Shown: piece by piece, positions 37,356 to 48,660 of the stretch
Numbering within the stretch: the first letter of the stretch is position 1
Layout of the letters: the number at the start of each line of letters is the position of its first letter
From: Candidatus Marinacidobacterium sp.
GTDB lineage: Bacteria; Acidobacteriota; Vicinamibacteria; Marinacidobacterales; Marinacidobacteraceae
Direction: 5' to 3'
Length of the DNA: 64,000 nucleotides
Assembly: GCA_965204755.1 (NCBI GenBank)
Contig: OZ242011.1
Coordinates: 1,184,001 to 1,248,000, forward strand
The notes under the pieces: model-generated
Database searches by the model: none
Seen by the model: only the letters and a program-made list of their open reading frames with translations
Told to the model about the DNA's origin: nothing
Program-made: the position numbers and the translations under genes

Positions 37356-38482
37356 TCAGGATGGTCCTCGCCGTCTGACTTTTTCTTCATACTCTGCCAG
37401 ACTAGACCGGCAGTTTCCTTGACGTCCGCGGCGATTTCAAGTAGTGAGCGATCTTGACCATCATACGCACGTAGTGAATTGGCACACTCACCGATGGCAT
37501 CTCGCGCACGAACCAACGACGCCGTAAACCGTCTGTCAACGGGTTCGGTCGCTGCGTACGCGGCATCAAGATCTCTTGTAGATTCCAGCACATGTCGCCC
37601 CTGCGCGTGGGCAAGAACTTCTCCGAGATACTTGATATGTGGATTCTGAGCACGAACGACAGGTGCGACGTCCTCGCTGCGTGATCCGTAAATCCACGAG
37701 AGCACCCGCTCAAGTTGCAGGAACTTCTGTCGAGGTATCGGATTCGGACGCGGATCATACCGTGCCCACCGAGTACCGAGACCGAGGTACTTCATGTAGG
37801 GCGATCTTCCGAGAGCAGTGTACAGGTGAGAAAAATTGAATCTCTTGCTGTACCGATCGTCAATACGGAAGAGACCTTCATCGTGCGCTTGGTCGAGCAC
37901 GTAGATGGCGGAAACCATCCGCTTTATGGTGTCGTGTCGATCTCCGATCGCGTTAGCGATGTGGTCCATCGTCACATCCTGTCGTAACGCGGACTCGTAC
38001 CACTGGGCAGCAAACCTAGCCTTCGCATAGGCGTCCCATTTGGCGGGCCCATTGATGTGCTTGAACCCGATGAATGATCGCGCTTCCTCGCGACTGTCGA
38101 CCGGGTACACCGATACGCTGTCGAGAGAGCGGCGCCTGGACTGGTCGACACTTGGGACACTGATGCTGAGGCCGCCCGTCGAGTTGATGCGATCGACGAG
38201 GTCGCGCTCCCGCAGCAGGCGCAACGCCGCGAGGCGCCTGTTCCCTTCCAGAACGACAAACTTGGACGTCATGGTCCGCAAGCCGATCAATGGCTCGATG
38301 TCCATATAGCCGTTGGCCGATATCGACTGCAACAACTCATCGAGTTCGGCGGCCAAGTAGAGACGGGCGATGATGGACTCCTCGGTTGTTGCGGCTTGGC
38401 CGACCAGCCGGGGATTCTTGTCGTCAAGCATGAGGAGCCCAATTTCGACTCGTTGAATTTCGTGAACCGGTGGAGGCGTCAT
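37352..38482 (-). CDS. ParB/Sulfiredoxin-like N-terminal domain protein
   Basis: LDDKNPRL, SISANGY..EPL, FVVLEGNRRLAAL, W..YAKA. Confidence 0.85.
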   Translation of the reverse strand: MTPPPVHEIQRVEIGLLMLDDKNPRLVGQAATTEESIIARLYLAAELDELLQSISANGYMDIEPLIGLRTMTSKFVVLEGNRRLAALRLLRERDLVDRINSTGGLSISVPSVDQSRRRSLDSVSVYPVDSREEARSFIGFKHINGPAKWDAYAKARFAAQWYESALRQDVTMDHIANAIGDRHDTIKRMVSAIYVLDQAHDEGLFRIDDRYSKRFNFSHLYTALGRSPYMKYLGLGTRWARYDPRPNPIPRQKFLQLERVLSWIYGSRSEDVAPVVRAQNPHIKYLGEVLAHAQGRHVLESTRDLDAAYAATEPVDRRFTASLVRARDAIGECANSLRAYDGQDRSLLEIAADVKETAGLVWQSMKKKSDGEDHPE

Positions 38483-38874
38483 CTAGGTCACCGTGAGTTT
38501 CCGGACGGAGGCCGCCACGCCGGCGGATCCACGCTCAGTTCGCCGGCAGACCGGCAGGGGCTCACGGACGGGATTCGGCCGGTTGGCGGACACGGAGCAC
38601 GACCATCCGCGGCACAAGCAGCCAACGACGACAGGGCCGGGCGGTTGGGCATCACAGGAGGTGGGCCATCTCGGCCACCGGCCACCGGCACGCTTGCCGG
38701 CGCTTGGCGGCTATCGGGCCTGAAGGGGCCGGCGGTAGAACCGCGCCGGCACTGCGCTCTCCCGCGAATGATAGAGGAACAGCGAACTGTCTGCCCGCCC
38801 CACGGGGGGGACACAGGCACGAGTGCCCGAGCCGACCGCCGGCGTAGTGAGTTCGCGGGTTGGCGCCGGTTCTC

Positions 38875-40551
38875 TCACGGCGATTCCGCGTGTTCCCCGG
38901 CCGCGGGCGGTTCCGAGAGGGTGATCTCCCGGGCTTCGTCGAGGGAGACCGCCTCGAACCGCACCGCGGTCCCGGGGAGGGCCTGGGCGAGGCGGGCCAG
39001 GTCCGGGGCGGCGACGCAGCCGATCTTCGGGTAGCCGCCGGTGGTGCCCTGGTCGGCGCCCATCACGATGGGGAGGCCGCTCGGGGGGACCTGGATCGCG
39101 CCGGGCGGGTTGGCGTCGGAGACGATCTCCTTCCGGCCCTCCCGGTGGGTGAGCAGCGGGCCGGCGAGCCGGACCCCCATGCGGTCGGAGTCGTTCGAGA
39201 CCGTCCATTCCCGGTCGCCGAGGGAAGCGAGGCACTCGTCGGTGAAGCAGTCGTCCTGCGGGCCGAGGCTGACCCGCAGGGTCATCCGGTCGGCGGCCGG
39301 CCGGCGGGCGTTCGGCTCGTAGCGGTTCTCCCGGGCGCCCTCCGGCGGCGGGCCGGCGAAGAGGCGGTCGCCGGCGCGGAGGGCGCGGCCCTCGACGCCC
39401 CCGAAGGCCGAGGTCAGGTAGGTGGCGGCGGAGCCGAGCACCCGGGGGACGGCGATCCCGCCGGCGACGGCCAGGTAGGCCCGCATTCCGGCGGGCGGGC
39501 CGGCGAAGCGGAGCCGGCTCCCCTCCGGGGCCAGGAACGAAGCGCCGACGGGCGCCCGCCAGCGGACGCCGCCTCCGGTCTCGAGCAGCGCGCCCAGGTC
39601 GGCGCCGCCGAGCGCCGCCAGCGTGTCGCGGACGAAGCGGAGTTCGGGGCCGAGGAGGGTGCATTCGAGCCCCGGGGCGTCGTCCGGGTTCCCCGCCGCC
39701 CGGTTGGCGAAGAGGAGCGACCGGGAGTCCGCGGCCCCCGCCCGGGGGACTCCGTGGCGGAGGTGGCCGCGGCGCCCGAGATCCTGCACGGTGGTCTGGA
39801 GCCCCGGTTTCACCACTTCGGCGAACGGCCGGGCCCCCTCCGGACGGGGCGCCCGCGCCGGGGACGCGCCGCCGCCCGGCGCCTCCGGGAGTTGAGCGAC
39901 CGGGAGGAAGCGGACGCGGTCGCCGGGGAGCAGGGCGCTCGGCGGGCTCTTCTCGACATCGAACAGGATCGCCGGGTCGGTGCGCCCGATGAGGTGCCAG
40001 CCGCCGGGCGTCACCCAGGGATAGATGCCGGTCTGGGCGCGGGCGAGCGCCACGGACCCCGCCGGGACGCGGATCCGCGGCGTCGAGCGGCGGGGAAGGT
40101 CGAGGCGCGGGTCGGTCATTCCCAGGTAGGGGAAACCGGGGGTGAAGCCGAGGACGAACACCCGGTAGTCGCGCCCGGCGTGGATCCCGACCAGTTCCTT
40201 CCGGGAGACGCCGGCCAGCCGCGCGACTTCCGGGAGGTCCTCCCCGTCATAGACGCAGGGAATCTCCATCCGGCGGGGCGCCGGCGGCGGTTCCCGCCCG
40301 GCCCGCGCCGCGAGCGCCAGGGTCTCCCGGCGCAGTTCGGCGGGGTCGGCCGCCGGGTCGTGGACCACGAGCACCGAGCGGTAGGCGGGCACCGCTTCCC
40401 GGAACCCCTCCGGGGTCTCCCGGTGGAGGAGTTCGGCGAGGGCGGCGGCCCGGATGTTGGACTCCTCGGAGATGCCGCCGCCGACTTCGATCGAGAACGC
40501 GGACTCCCCGGCGTCGAGGAGGCGCGGGTACTCGGCGGCGGGCGGCGGCAA
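38875..40551 (-). CDS. pxpBC: 5-oxoprolinase subunits B+C fusion (KipI/KipA-like)
   Basis: VPAYRS, GFTPGFPYL, PGGWHLIGRT, then TTVQDLGR, SDRMGVRL, GAIQVP, TTGGYP. Confidence 0.93.
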   Translation of the reverse strand: MPPPAAEYPRLLDAGESAFSIEVGGGISEESNIRAAALAELLHRETPEGFREAVPAYRSVLVVHDPAADPAELRRETLALAARAGREPPPAPRRMEIPCVYDGEDLPEVARLAGVSRKELVGIHAGRDYRVFVLGFTPGFPYLGMTDPRLDLPRRSTPRIRVPAGSVALARAQTGIYPWVTPGGWHLIGRTDPAILFDVEKSPPSALLPGDRVRFLPVAQLPEAPGGGASPARAPRPEGARPFAEVVKPGLQTTVQDLGRRGHLRHGVPRAGAADSRSLLFANRAAGNPDDAPGLECTLLGPELRFVRDTLAALGGADLGALLETGGGVRWRAPVGASFLAPEGSRLRFAGPPAGMRAYLAVAGGIAVPRVLGSAATYLTSAFGGVEGRALRAGDRLFAGPPPEGARENRYEPNARRPAADRMTLRVSLGPQDDCFTDECLASLGDREWTVSNDSDRMGVRLAGPLLTHREGRKEIVSDANPPGAIQVPPSGLPIVMGADQGTTGGYPKIGCVAAPDLARLAQALPGTAVRFEAVSLDEAREITLSEPPAAGEHAESP

Positions 40552-40647
40552 CGGCGGGCCGGGGGTTTCGGTCGGGGACCGGTTGAGCGGCGCGGCGGAC
40601 GGTTCGACGGACCGTTTGACGGACGGGGCGGGGCTCGCCGGGCGGGC

Positions 40648-41403
40648 TCAGGCGAGCGGCCGGACCTCGACGCCGGCCTCTTCGAGCCGCCGCCGCACCA
40701 GCCGGGCGTTCCCCAGGGCCGCCGGGTTGTCCCCGTGGAGGCACAGGGTCTCCGCTTCCACGGCGACTTCCGAGCCGTCGTGGGCGGTCACCGAACCCGA
40801 GGCGATGGCGACCGCCTGCGCCGCCGCCCGCTCCGGGTCGTGGATCACCGAGCCCTCGATCCGCCGCGACTGCAGGGTGCCGTCCGGGTTGTACACGCGG
40901 TCGGCGAACGCCTCGCCGGCGAAGCGGAGCCCCGCCTCCCCGGCGGCCTCGCGCATCGCGGACGAAGTGGCCAGGCCGACGAAGACCAGGTTGCAGTCGG
41001 CGCGGGCCACCGCGCGGGTGAGCGCCCGGGCCAGGGCCGGATCACCCACGGCCTGGTTGTAGAGCGCGCCGTGCGGCTTCACATGGACGAGCGAGCCGCC
41101 CCGCGAGCGGACGAACGCCGAGAGCGCGCCGACCTGGTAGAGGACATCGGCCTCGACTTCCTCCGGCGGCGCCTGGATCGGCCGCCGCCCGAACCCGCGC
41201 AGGTCGTGGTGCCCGGGATGCGCGCCGACCGCCACCCCCCGCCCGAGCGCCCGCTCCACGGTGAGGTCCATGATGACCGGATCGCCGGCGTGGAACCCGC
41301 AGGCCACATTCGCCGAGGTGACGATCTCCAGGATCTCCTCGTCGCAGCCGAGCCGGTAGTTCCCGAAACTCTCTCCCAGGTCGCAGTTGAGGTCTATCCG
41401 CAT
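40648..41403 (-). CDS. pxpA: 5-oxoprolinase subunit A (LamB/YcsF)
   Basis: MRIDLNCDLGESFG, ANVACGFHAGDP, HVKPHGALYN, EAFADR, CLHGDN. Confidence 0.96.
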   Translation of the reverse strand: MRIDLNCDLGESFGNYRLGCDEEILEIVTSANVACGFHAGDPVIMDLTVERALGRGVAVGAHPGHHDLRGFGRRPIQAPPEEVEADVLYQVGALSAFVRSRGGSLVHVKPHGALYNQAVGDPALARALTRAVARADCNLVFVGLATSSAMREAAGEAGLRFAGEAFADRVYNPDGTLQSRRIEGSVIHDPERAAAQAVAIASGSVTAHDGSEVAVEAETLCLHGDNPAALGNARLVRRRLEEAGVEVRPLA

Positions 41404-41434
41404 GACCCCGATTCTACGCCCGACTTCAGGACTG

Positions 41435-42292
41435 TCACCCTCCCGCCGCATCCCTGCGTCGCCGGTCGGGCGGCGCCACCAGCTCCCACCGGCCGTCGGC
41501 GCGGCGGACGATGACGCCCTTGTTCTTGAGTTGAGTCTGCGCGTTTCGGACATCGTGTTTCCACCGAGCGCCGAAGCGGACGCCGCGGATGATCCGGAGC
41601 TCATCGTCGTTGCAGAGGTCAGGATGGATCCGCTGAACCAGCGGATACAGCTCGACCGTTCGCAGGCTTTCTCGTCGCAACAGGTGCAGAACGGTTTTCA
41701 CGAACAAACCGGTGCGGGAGGTCGCCGAGTCTCCCCGCAGGGAGCGCAGTCGCAGGTCATACCGCCGTTGTAACTCGCCGCCCCGGGCCCCGCTCGCCGA
41801 CGCGTCGTACTCGGAGGCGAGATCGGCCAGTTCCGCCAAGGCTTCCGGCGGCGTTTCCGTACCGAGCCCGGCGTACTCCCGTATGTCTGCATCGATCGTC
41901 GCAGCGACGGAAGCGTCGGCGATTCGGACACCGTATTCCTTGTTCCGAAGGAGCGACGCCGCGGTCAAGTTGCCCGATGTCACGATCGCCCTTTCGCCAT
42001 CGGCGACATACACCTTGCCGTGCAGGTGTTCGACATGCCGCACCGTCAAGTTGGGAACGCCGCGGTGAGCCTCGGACAGAGCTCTCAGGTCCAGCGATCC
42101 CGAGGCGGCGGACTCGACTCGCAGGCAGCTGAGGAGATCGATGCGAATGGAACCGGGGAACTTCAACGCCTCCGCAAACGCGCTCCAGCCGTCTCCGGTC
42201 ACATAAGGGGCGGCGATCAGGGCGGTCTTTCGAGCGGACCCGGCCAAGTCCCGAAGATCCGCCATCCACGGAGACCGCACGAGTTCGATCAC
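41435..42292 (-). CDS. Phospholipase-D-like nuclease with C-terminal winged helix
   Basis: HLHGKVYVAD..VTSGNLT..NKEYG (single HKD); C-terminal WKHDVRNAQTQLKNKG..GRWEL resembles Mrr_N-like wHTH. Confidence 0.85.
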   Translation of the reverse strand: MIELVRSPWMADLRDLAGSARKTALIAAPYVTGDGWSAFAEALKFPGSIRIDLLSCLRVESAASGSLDLRALSEAHRGVPNLTVRHVEHLHGKVYVADGERAIVTSGNLTAASLLRNKEYGVRIADASVAATIDADIREYAGLGTETPPEALAELADLASEYDASASGARGGELQRRYDLRLRSLRGDSATSRTGLFVKTVLHLLRRESLRTVELYPLVQRIHPDLCNDDELRIIRGVRFGARWKHDVRNAQTQLKNKGVIVRRADGRWELVAPPDRRRRDAAGG

Positions 42293-42418
42293 CTGCGATT
42301 CACCGGGCCCCTCTCCTCACCGCGTGGCCGCGACAAAACGACGGGTCGTCCGGAAGCGGCGCGGGTCCGGGCAGGCTCAGAGGCCGCGCTCCGTATTCCG
42401 CCGGGAGGGCATCGCAGG

Positions 42419-42424
42419 TAGAAT
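42419..42424 (+). promoter_or_regulatory. -10 element of a leaderless thx transcript
   Basis: TAGAAT 8 nt upstream of ATG 42433. Confidence 0.55.
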
Positions 42425-42432
42425 AGAACGCT

Positions 42433-42522
42433 ATGGGAAAAGGCGACCGGCGCACGCGGCGGGGCAAGATCTTCCAGGGTACGACCGGGAAGCGCCGTCC
42501 GAAGCGCCCACCGAAGCGGTAG
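42433..42522 (+). CDS. thx: 30S ribosomal protein bTHX
   Basis: MGKGDRRTRRGKIFQGTTGKRRPKRPPKR; matches the THX signature MGKGD.RT.RGKI..GT.GK.RP; missed by the track. Confidence 0.92.
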   Translation: MGKGDRRTRRGKIFQGTTGKRRPKRPPKR

Positions 42523-42644
42523 CGCTCGGCAGCGGTCGCCCTTCGCCCGGCGCTGCGGCGGGCGGCGCGGGGAGCCGCGGGTTCGAGGCGTCGGGTTCCG
42601 CCTTCGGCGCGGGACAGACGCCGTACCTGGCGGCCAAGTCCGTC

Positions 42645-43511
42645 GTGGACGCGCGGGCCGTGAACCGCGAAGTGCGGCGGGCGGCGGCCGCGGCGCTCCG
42701 CCGAATCGCCCGGGAGCGGGACCGGCGAGCGCCGCTCCGCGTACTGGAAGTGGGCGCGGGGGCCGGACACGCCCTGCCGCGGTGGCTGGCGCTCCTCGCG
42801 CCGTTCCCGTCGGTCGAGTTCACCGCTACCGACCCCTCCGACGCCCTGCTCCGCGCGCACCGGGAAGCCGTCGCGGCCTGGGCGGGGGAACACCGGTACT
42901 GCCTCGCCGACGGGGGCGCGGGAGCGCTGCGGATCGAGGCCGACGGGCGGAGCCTCGTCTTCCGGTTCGAGCGCGCCGCTGCCCCCGGCGGCCTCGACCG
43001 CTTCCCGTCCGGCGCCTTCGACCTGCTGGCGGCGCAGTCCGTGTGGGACCTCGCGCCGCCGGGGAGCGCACTCGCGGTCGGGCGGCGCCTTCTACGGCCC
43101 GGGGGCCTCTTCTACTCGGCGCTGACCTTCTGCGGCGAGACGAGTTTCGAGCCGCCGCTGCCGCTCGACGAAGTCGTCCTCGACCGCTACCACCGGAGCA
43201 TGGAAGCGCGGGGCGGCGATCCCCGAGCGGGAACGAGACTCGCCGGCGATATGGAACGGGGCGCCGGCGCGGACTTCACCGTGCTGGCCTCCGGGAGATC
43301 CGACTGGCGCGTCCCGGCGGAGGGCGGCGAAACCTCGGACGCAGAACGGGTCTTCCTCTCCGCGGTGCTGGACTTCGTCGAGAGCGAAGTGGCCGGCAGT
43401 CCGGGGATCCCGGAAGCCGCCGACTGGTTGGCGGCCCGCCGCCGGGCGCTCGCCGCCGGGGAACTGCGCTACCGCGCCGTGAACCGGGACCTCGCCGCCA
43501 CGCGGCGATAA
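42645..43511 (+). CDS. Class I SAM-dependent methyltransferase
   Basis: YLAAKSVVDARAVN, VLEVGAGAG, FDLL. Start uncertain: the track start at 42324 would overlap thx. Confidence 0.8.
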   Translation: MDARAVNREVRRAAAAALRRIARERDRRAPLRVLEVGAGAGHALPRWLALLAPFPSVEFTATDPSDALLRAHREAVAAWAGEHRYCLADGGAGALRIEADGRSLVFRFERAAAPGGLDRFPSGAFDLLAAQSVWDLAPPGSALAVGRRLLRPGGLFYSALTFCGETSFEPPLPLDEVVLDRYHRSMEARGGDPRAGTRLAGDMERGAGADFTVLASGRSDWRVPAEGGETSDAERVFLSAVLDFVESEVAGSPGIPEAADWLAARRRALAAGELRYRAVNRDLAATRR

Positions 43512-43547
43512 CGGAAGAAGAAGACCGCCGACGACGGCGGTCGCGGC

Positions 43548-44708
43548 TCAGGCTCCCGCCGACCGGGCCTCCGACGCGCCCCGCGCCGCGATGAGCCGAT
43601 CCACCTCCGTCTTCAGCCGACCCAGGATCTCCCCGTAGGGAAACGCCCCCAGCGCCTCCGTCCCGCGCTTCAGGTTCACGAACTGCGGGCCGCACCACAG
43701 CCCGAGGTCGGCGTCGTCGGTCTCCCCGGGGCCGTTCACCCGGCAACCCATCACCGCGATGGTGATCGCGTGGTCTTCGGCGTAACGCGTGAGTTCCCGC
43801 ACCTCCTCCGCCAACTCGATGAACTTCTCGTTCTCGACGCGGGAACAGGACGGGCACGAAATGATGTTCAACCGGTCCTTCGGGAACTCCGGCACCGAGC
43901 GGAACCGCCCGGACGCGATGTCGCGGAGGATTTCGTGCCCGACCGTGACTTCCTCCGGTTTCCGCGCGTTCGGCAGCGTGAGCGAGACGCGGACGGTGTC
44001 CCCGATCCCGCGGCTCAGCAACTGCTCGAAGGCGATGCGGGTCTTGATGATCCCCTCCGGCGGCATCCCGGCTTCCGTGACCCCGAGATGCAGCGGCACA
44101 TCGGGCCGCTCCGCCGCGAACCTCCGATTCCCCTCGATCACCTGCGCCGGGTCGGAGTCCTTCAGCGAAACCACGAACCGATCGAAGCCGATCTTCTCCA
44201 GCATCTCGCAGTGCTCGGCGGCGGACGCGACCATCGCCCCCACCGGATCGCCCCGGAACAGGTCCCGGTGCGCCGGATCCATGGAGCCGCAGTTCACGCC
44301 GACGCGCAGCGCGCAGTCGTGCTCGCCGGCGGCGTCGGCGATGCGGCGCACCTTGTCGGGCACGGGCGTTTCCGTCTCGTGGTGCCAGAGGTGGCCCGGG
44401 TTGTAGCGGATCTTGTCCACCTGGGCCGCCACCTTCCCGGCGAGCCGGTAGTTCTCCTGGAGGTCCACCGCGAGGTTGGCCCCGGTGCGGCGGCGGATCT
44501 CCGCGAGCGCCTCGGCGTCCTTCGCGCTGTCCACCGCGATCCGCACGATGCCGGCGCCGGCTTCCCGGAGCGCCTCCGCCTGCCGGGCGGTGGCTTCGAC
44601 ATCGCGGGTGTGGGTGGCGCACATGCTCTGCACCACCACCGGGGCGCCGCCGCCCACGACCACATCGCCGACCGGCACCCGCCGGGTGGGGTTCCGCTCC
44701 GCCAGCAC
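43548..44708 (-). CDS. ispG: (E)-4-hydroxy-3-methylbut-2-enyl-diphosphate synthase
   Basis: [57 protein letters not shown]. Confidence 0.97.
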   Translation of the reverse strand: MLAERNPTRRVPVGDVVVGGGAPVVVQSMCATHTRDVEATARQAEALREAGAGIVRIAVDSAKDAEALAEIRRRTGANLAVDLQENYRLAGKVAAQVDKIRYNPGHLWHHETETPVPDKVRRIADAAGEHDCALRVGVNCGSMDPAHRDLFRGDPVGAMVASAAEHCEMLEKIGFDRFVVSLKDSDPAQVIEGNRRFAAERPDVPLHLGVTEAGMPPEGIIKTRIAFEQLLSRGIGDTVRVSLTLPNARKPEEVTVGHEILRDIASGRFRSVPEFPKDRLNIISCPSCSRVENEKFIELAEEVRELTRYAEDHAITIAVMGCRVNGPGETDDADLGLWCGPQFVNLKRGTEALGAFPYGEILGRLKTEVDRLIAARGASEARSAGA

Positions 44709-44802
44709 GCCGGAAATGCTACTCCGGCGGAGGTCTTACGATTCCCGGCCACCCCGGCCCGCCGCGCCCGGGCGCGGCGCCGCCCGAAGGAGACCGACCC
44801 CG

Positions 44803-45930
44803 ATGCAGTTCGAACCTTTCGCCATGGAGCGGGACCTCTGCCGCTGGGAGAACACCGTCCGCTGGAACATCTCGGAGAGCGGGGTGCATCCGCTGACGCT
44901 CGAAGAACTGGCCGGAGGCGCCGATCTCGGCGGCGTCCGGCTCGGCTACCCGCAGTCCAACGGGACGATCCCGCTGCGGGAGCGGATCGCCGCGCTCTAC
45001 CCCGGCGCCGACCCCGACCGGGTGCTCGCGACCCACGGAACCGCCGAAGCGAACTTCCTCGCGGCGCTCACCACCGTGGACCGGGGCGACGAAGCCGTGG
45101 TCATGGTCCCGAACTACATGCAGTTGATCGGCGCTCTCCGCTCCTTCGGCGCGCGGGTCCTCCCCTTCCCGCTCCGGGAGGAGGACGGCTGGCGCCCGGA
45201 CCTCGACGCCCTCGACGCCGCGGTCACCGACCGCACCCGGCTGATCGCCGTCTGCAACCCGAACAACCCGTCCGGCGCGGTGCTGACCGAAGCGGAGATG
45301 GACCGCATCGCCGCCGCGGCGAACCGGACCGGCGCCTGGCTGCTCGCCGACGAGGTGTACCGCGGCGCCGAGTTGAGCGGCGTCGAGTGCCCCACTTTCT
45401 GGGGCAAGGCGGAGCGCCTGCTGCTGAACTCCGGGCTCTCGAAGGCGTTCGGGCTGCCCGGCCTCCGGGTCGGGTGGACGGTGACCACCCGCGAGAAGGC
45501 GGACGAACTCTGGGGGCACCGCGACTACAGCACCCTGGCGCTGAGCGCGCTGTCGGACCGCCTGGCGCAGATCGCCCTCGACCGGCGGCCGGAGATCCTG
45601 GAGCGGACGCGGGGGATCTGCCGGAAGCAACTCCCGCTGGTGGGCGAGTGGGTGGCCTCCCACCGCGACCACCCGGTGCGGCTCGAGTGGACGCCGCCGG
45701 AGGCCGGCGCCATCGCCGCGGTCCGCTACCGGCATCCGGTCTCGTCGGAGGCCCTGGCGGAGCGGCTCCGGCTGGAGAAGGACCTGCTGGTGGTCCCGGC
45801 GTCCCACTTCGAGATGGACGGCTTCCTCCGGATCGGCTACGGCGCCGAACCCGCGGTGGTGGAGAAGAGCCTCGGGCTGATCAGCGAGACGTTGGCGGAG
45901 GTGGCCTCGGAGTCGGCCGCCGCCGCCTGA
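44803..45930 (+). CDS. PLP-dependent aminotransferase class I/II
   Basis: CNPNNPSG, ADEVY, GLSKAFGLPGLRVGW. Confidence 0.93.
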   Translation: MQFEPFAMERDLCRWENTVRWNISESGVHPLTLEELAGGADLGGVRLGYPQSNGTIPLRERIAALYPGADPDRVLATHGTAEANFLAALTTVDRGDEAVVMVPNYMQLIGALRSFGARVLPFPLREEDGWRPDLDALDAAVTDRTRLIAVCNPNNPSGAVLTEAEMDRIAAAANRTGAWLLADEVYRGAELSGVECPTFWGKAERLLLNSGLSKAFGLPGLRVGWTVTTREKADELWGHRDYSTLALSALSDRLAQIALDRRPEILERTRGICRKQLPLVGEWVASHRDHPVRLEWTPPEAGAIAAVRYRHPVSSEALAERLRLEKDLLVVPASHFEMDGFLRIGYGAEPAVVEKSLGLISETLAEVASESAAAA

Positions 45931-45973
45931 TCCGGGGCGGAGGGACGGCTGAACGGCGTCCGCCGCGCCGGGT

Positions 45974-47281
<1,308 letters not shown>

Positions 47282-47365
47282 GCGGATAATTCTACCCGTC
47301 CGGGGCTCGCGGGCCCGGCCCGCTGACCGCCCCGGGGACATCGAGAAGCGACGGGAGCGACCGGC

Positions 47366-48571
47366 ATGTCGAGGGCGGGAGCGGCTTCGGCCCGGCGGTC
47401 GTGCGAGGTGGCCGTCGTCGGGGGCGGCGTCATCGGCGCGTCCATCGCGGCCCACCTGGGGGAACGGATGGGAGCCGGTAGCGGGGGCGCCGGCGGCCGC
47501 GCCGCCGTGGTGGTGTTCGAGCGGGAGGACGCGCTCGGAACCGGCTCCACCGCGAAGGCCGCCGGCGGGATCCGGCTCCAGTTCACCACCGCCGCCAATG
47601 TGGCCTTCTCCCGCTACAGCATCGAGGAACTCCGGCGGTTCGAGGAGCGCACCGGGGTGGATCCGGAATTCCACCAGGACGGCTACCTGTTCCTGCTGGA
47701 CCGGGAAGCGGACCTGGCGCGGTTCGCCGAGACCGCGCGGGAGCAGCGCCGGCTGGGAGCGCCGGTGGAGGTCATCACGCCGGAGGAGGCCGGGTGGATC
47801 CACCCCGGCATCCGCGTGGACGACCTGGTCGGCGCGACCTTCTGCGCCGAGGACGGCGTGGCGACTCCGGCGGCGCTCGTGGCCGGCTACGCGGCCCTGG
47901 CGCGGCGCAGCGGCGTGGAACTCCGCCGGGGGGCGGAAGTCACCGAGGCGGCGCCCCGCCCCGGCGGCGGGTTCTCGTTCACCGCCGGCGGGGAGCGGTG
48001 GGAGGCCGATTGGTTGGTGGATGCCGCCGGCCCGTGGGCGGCGGAGGTGGGGCGGCTGCTGGGCGTGGACATCCCGGTGTCGCCGGTCCGCCGCCAGTTC
48101 TTCGTTACCGCGCCGCTGTCTTGGCTCCCGCCCCGGACGCCCCTCACCATCGATTGGGGAACCGGGGTGTACATGCACCGGCACAGCGGCGGAATGCTCG
48201 TCGGGAACTCCGACCCCGACGAGCCGCCGGGGTTCTCCCAGACCCCGGACCTGGCCTACCTGGGCCAAGTCTTCTTCGACGCCGCCGCCCGCCTCCCGGC
48301 CCTGGCCGACGCGGAGTTGCGAACCACCGCCGCCGGCCTCTACGAAGTCTCCCCGGACCACAACGCCATCCTCGGCGAGGTACCCGGCGTCCCCGGGTTC
48401 CTGGTCGCCGGCGGCTTCTCCGGCCACGGGATGCAGCACGCCCCGGCAGTGGGCCGCGCCATCTCCGAAGTCATCCTCGACGGCGCGTCCCGCGCGCTGG
48501 ACATCGAACCGTTCTCCATCACCCGCTTCTCCAAGGGCGGCGCCCCGAGGGGCGAGGACCGGGTGATCTGA
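47366..48571 (+). CDS. FAD-dependent oxidoreductase (DAO/sarcosine oxidase beta family)
   Basis: VVGGGVIG, GSTAKAAGGIR, AAGPW, GFSGHG. Confidence 0.92.
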   Translation: MSRAGAASARRSCEVAVVGGGVIGASIAAHLGERMGAGSGGAGGRAAVVVFEREDALGTGSTAKAAGGIRLQFTTAANVAFSRYSIEELRRFEERTGVDPEFHQDGYLFLLDREADLARFAETAREQRRLGAPVEVITPEEAGWIHPGIRVDDLVGATFCAEDGVATPAALVAGYAALARRSGVELRRGAEVTEAAPRPGGGFSFTAGGERWEADWLVDAAGPWAAEVGRLLGVDIPVSPVRRQFFVTAPLSWLPPRTPLTIDWGTGVYMHRHSGGMLVGNSDPDEPPGFSQTPDLAYLGQVFFDAAARLPALADAELRTTAAGLYEVSPDHNAILGEVPGVPGFLVAGGFSGHGMQHAPAVGRAISEVILDGASRALDIEPFSITRFSKGGAPRGEDRVI

Positions 48572-48614
48572 GGAACCCGGCAGGCGCCAGGGCGCTTGCC
48601 GGCAGCGAGAGGTG

Positions 48615-48644
48615 TTGACACGAATCAAGTGTCTGGTCTAAACT
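48615..48644 (+). promoter_or_regulatory. Sigma70-like promoter with an overlapping operator-like inverted repeat
   Basis: TTGACA (48615) - 18 bp - TAAACT (48639); GACAC-N7-GTGTC overlaps the -35 and spacer. Confidence 0.6.
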
Positions 48645-48660
48645 TATTCCTCCTGTCACC

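Noticed and set aside
38490-38870. Short ORFs between the ParB gene and pxpBC
   Set aside because: No recognisable motifs or codon bias; treated as island-edge intergenic DNA.
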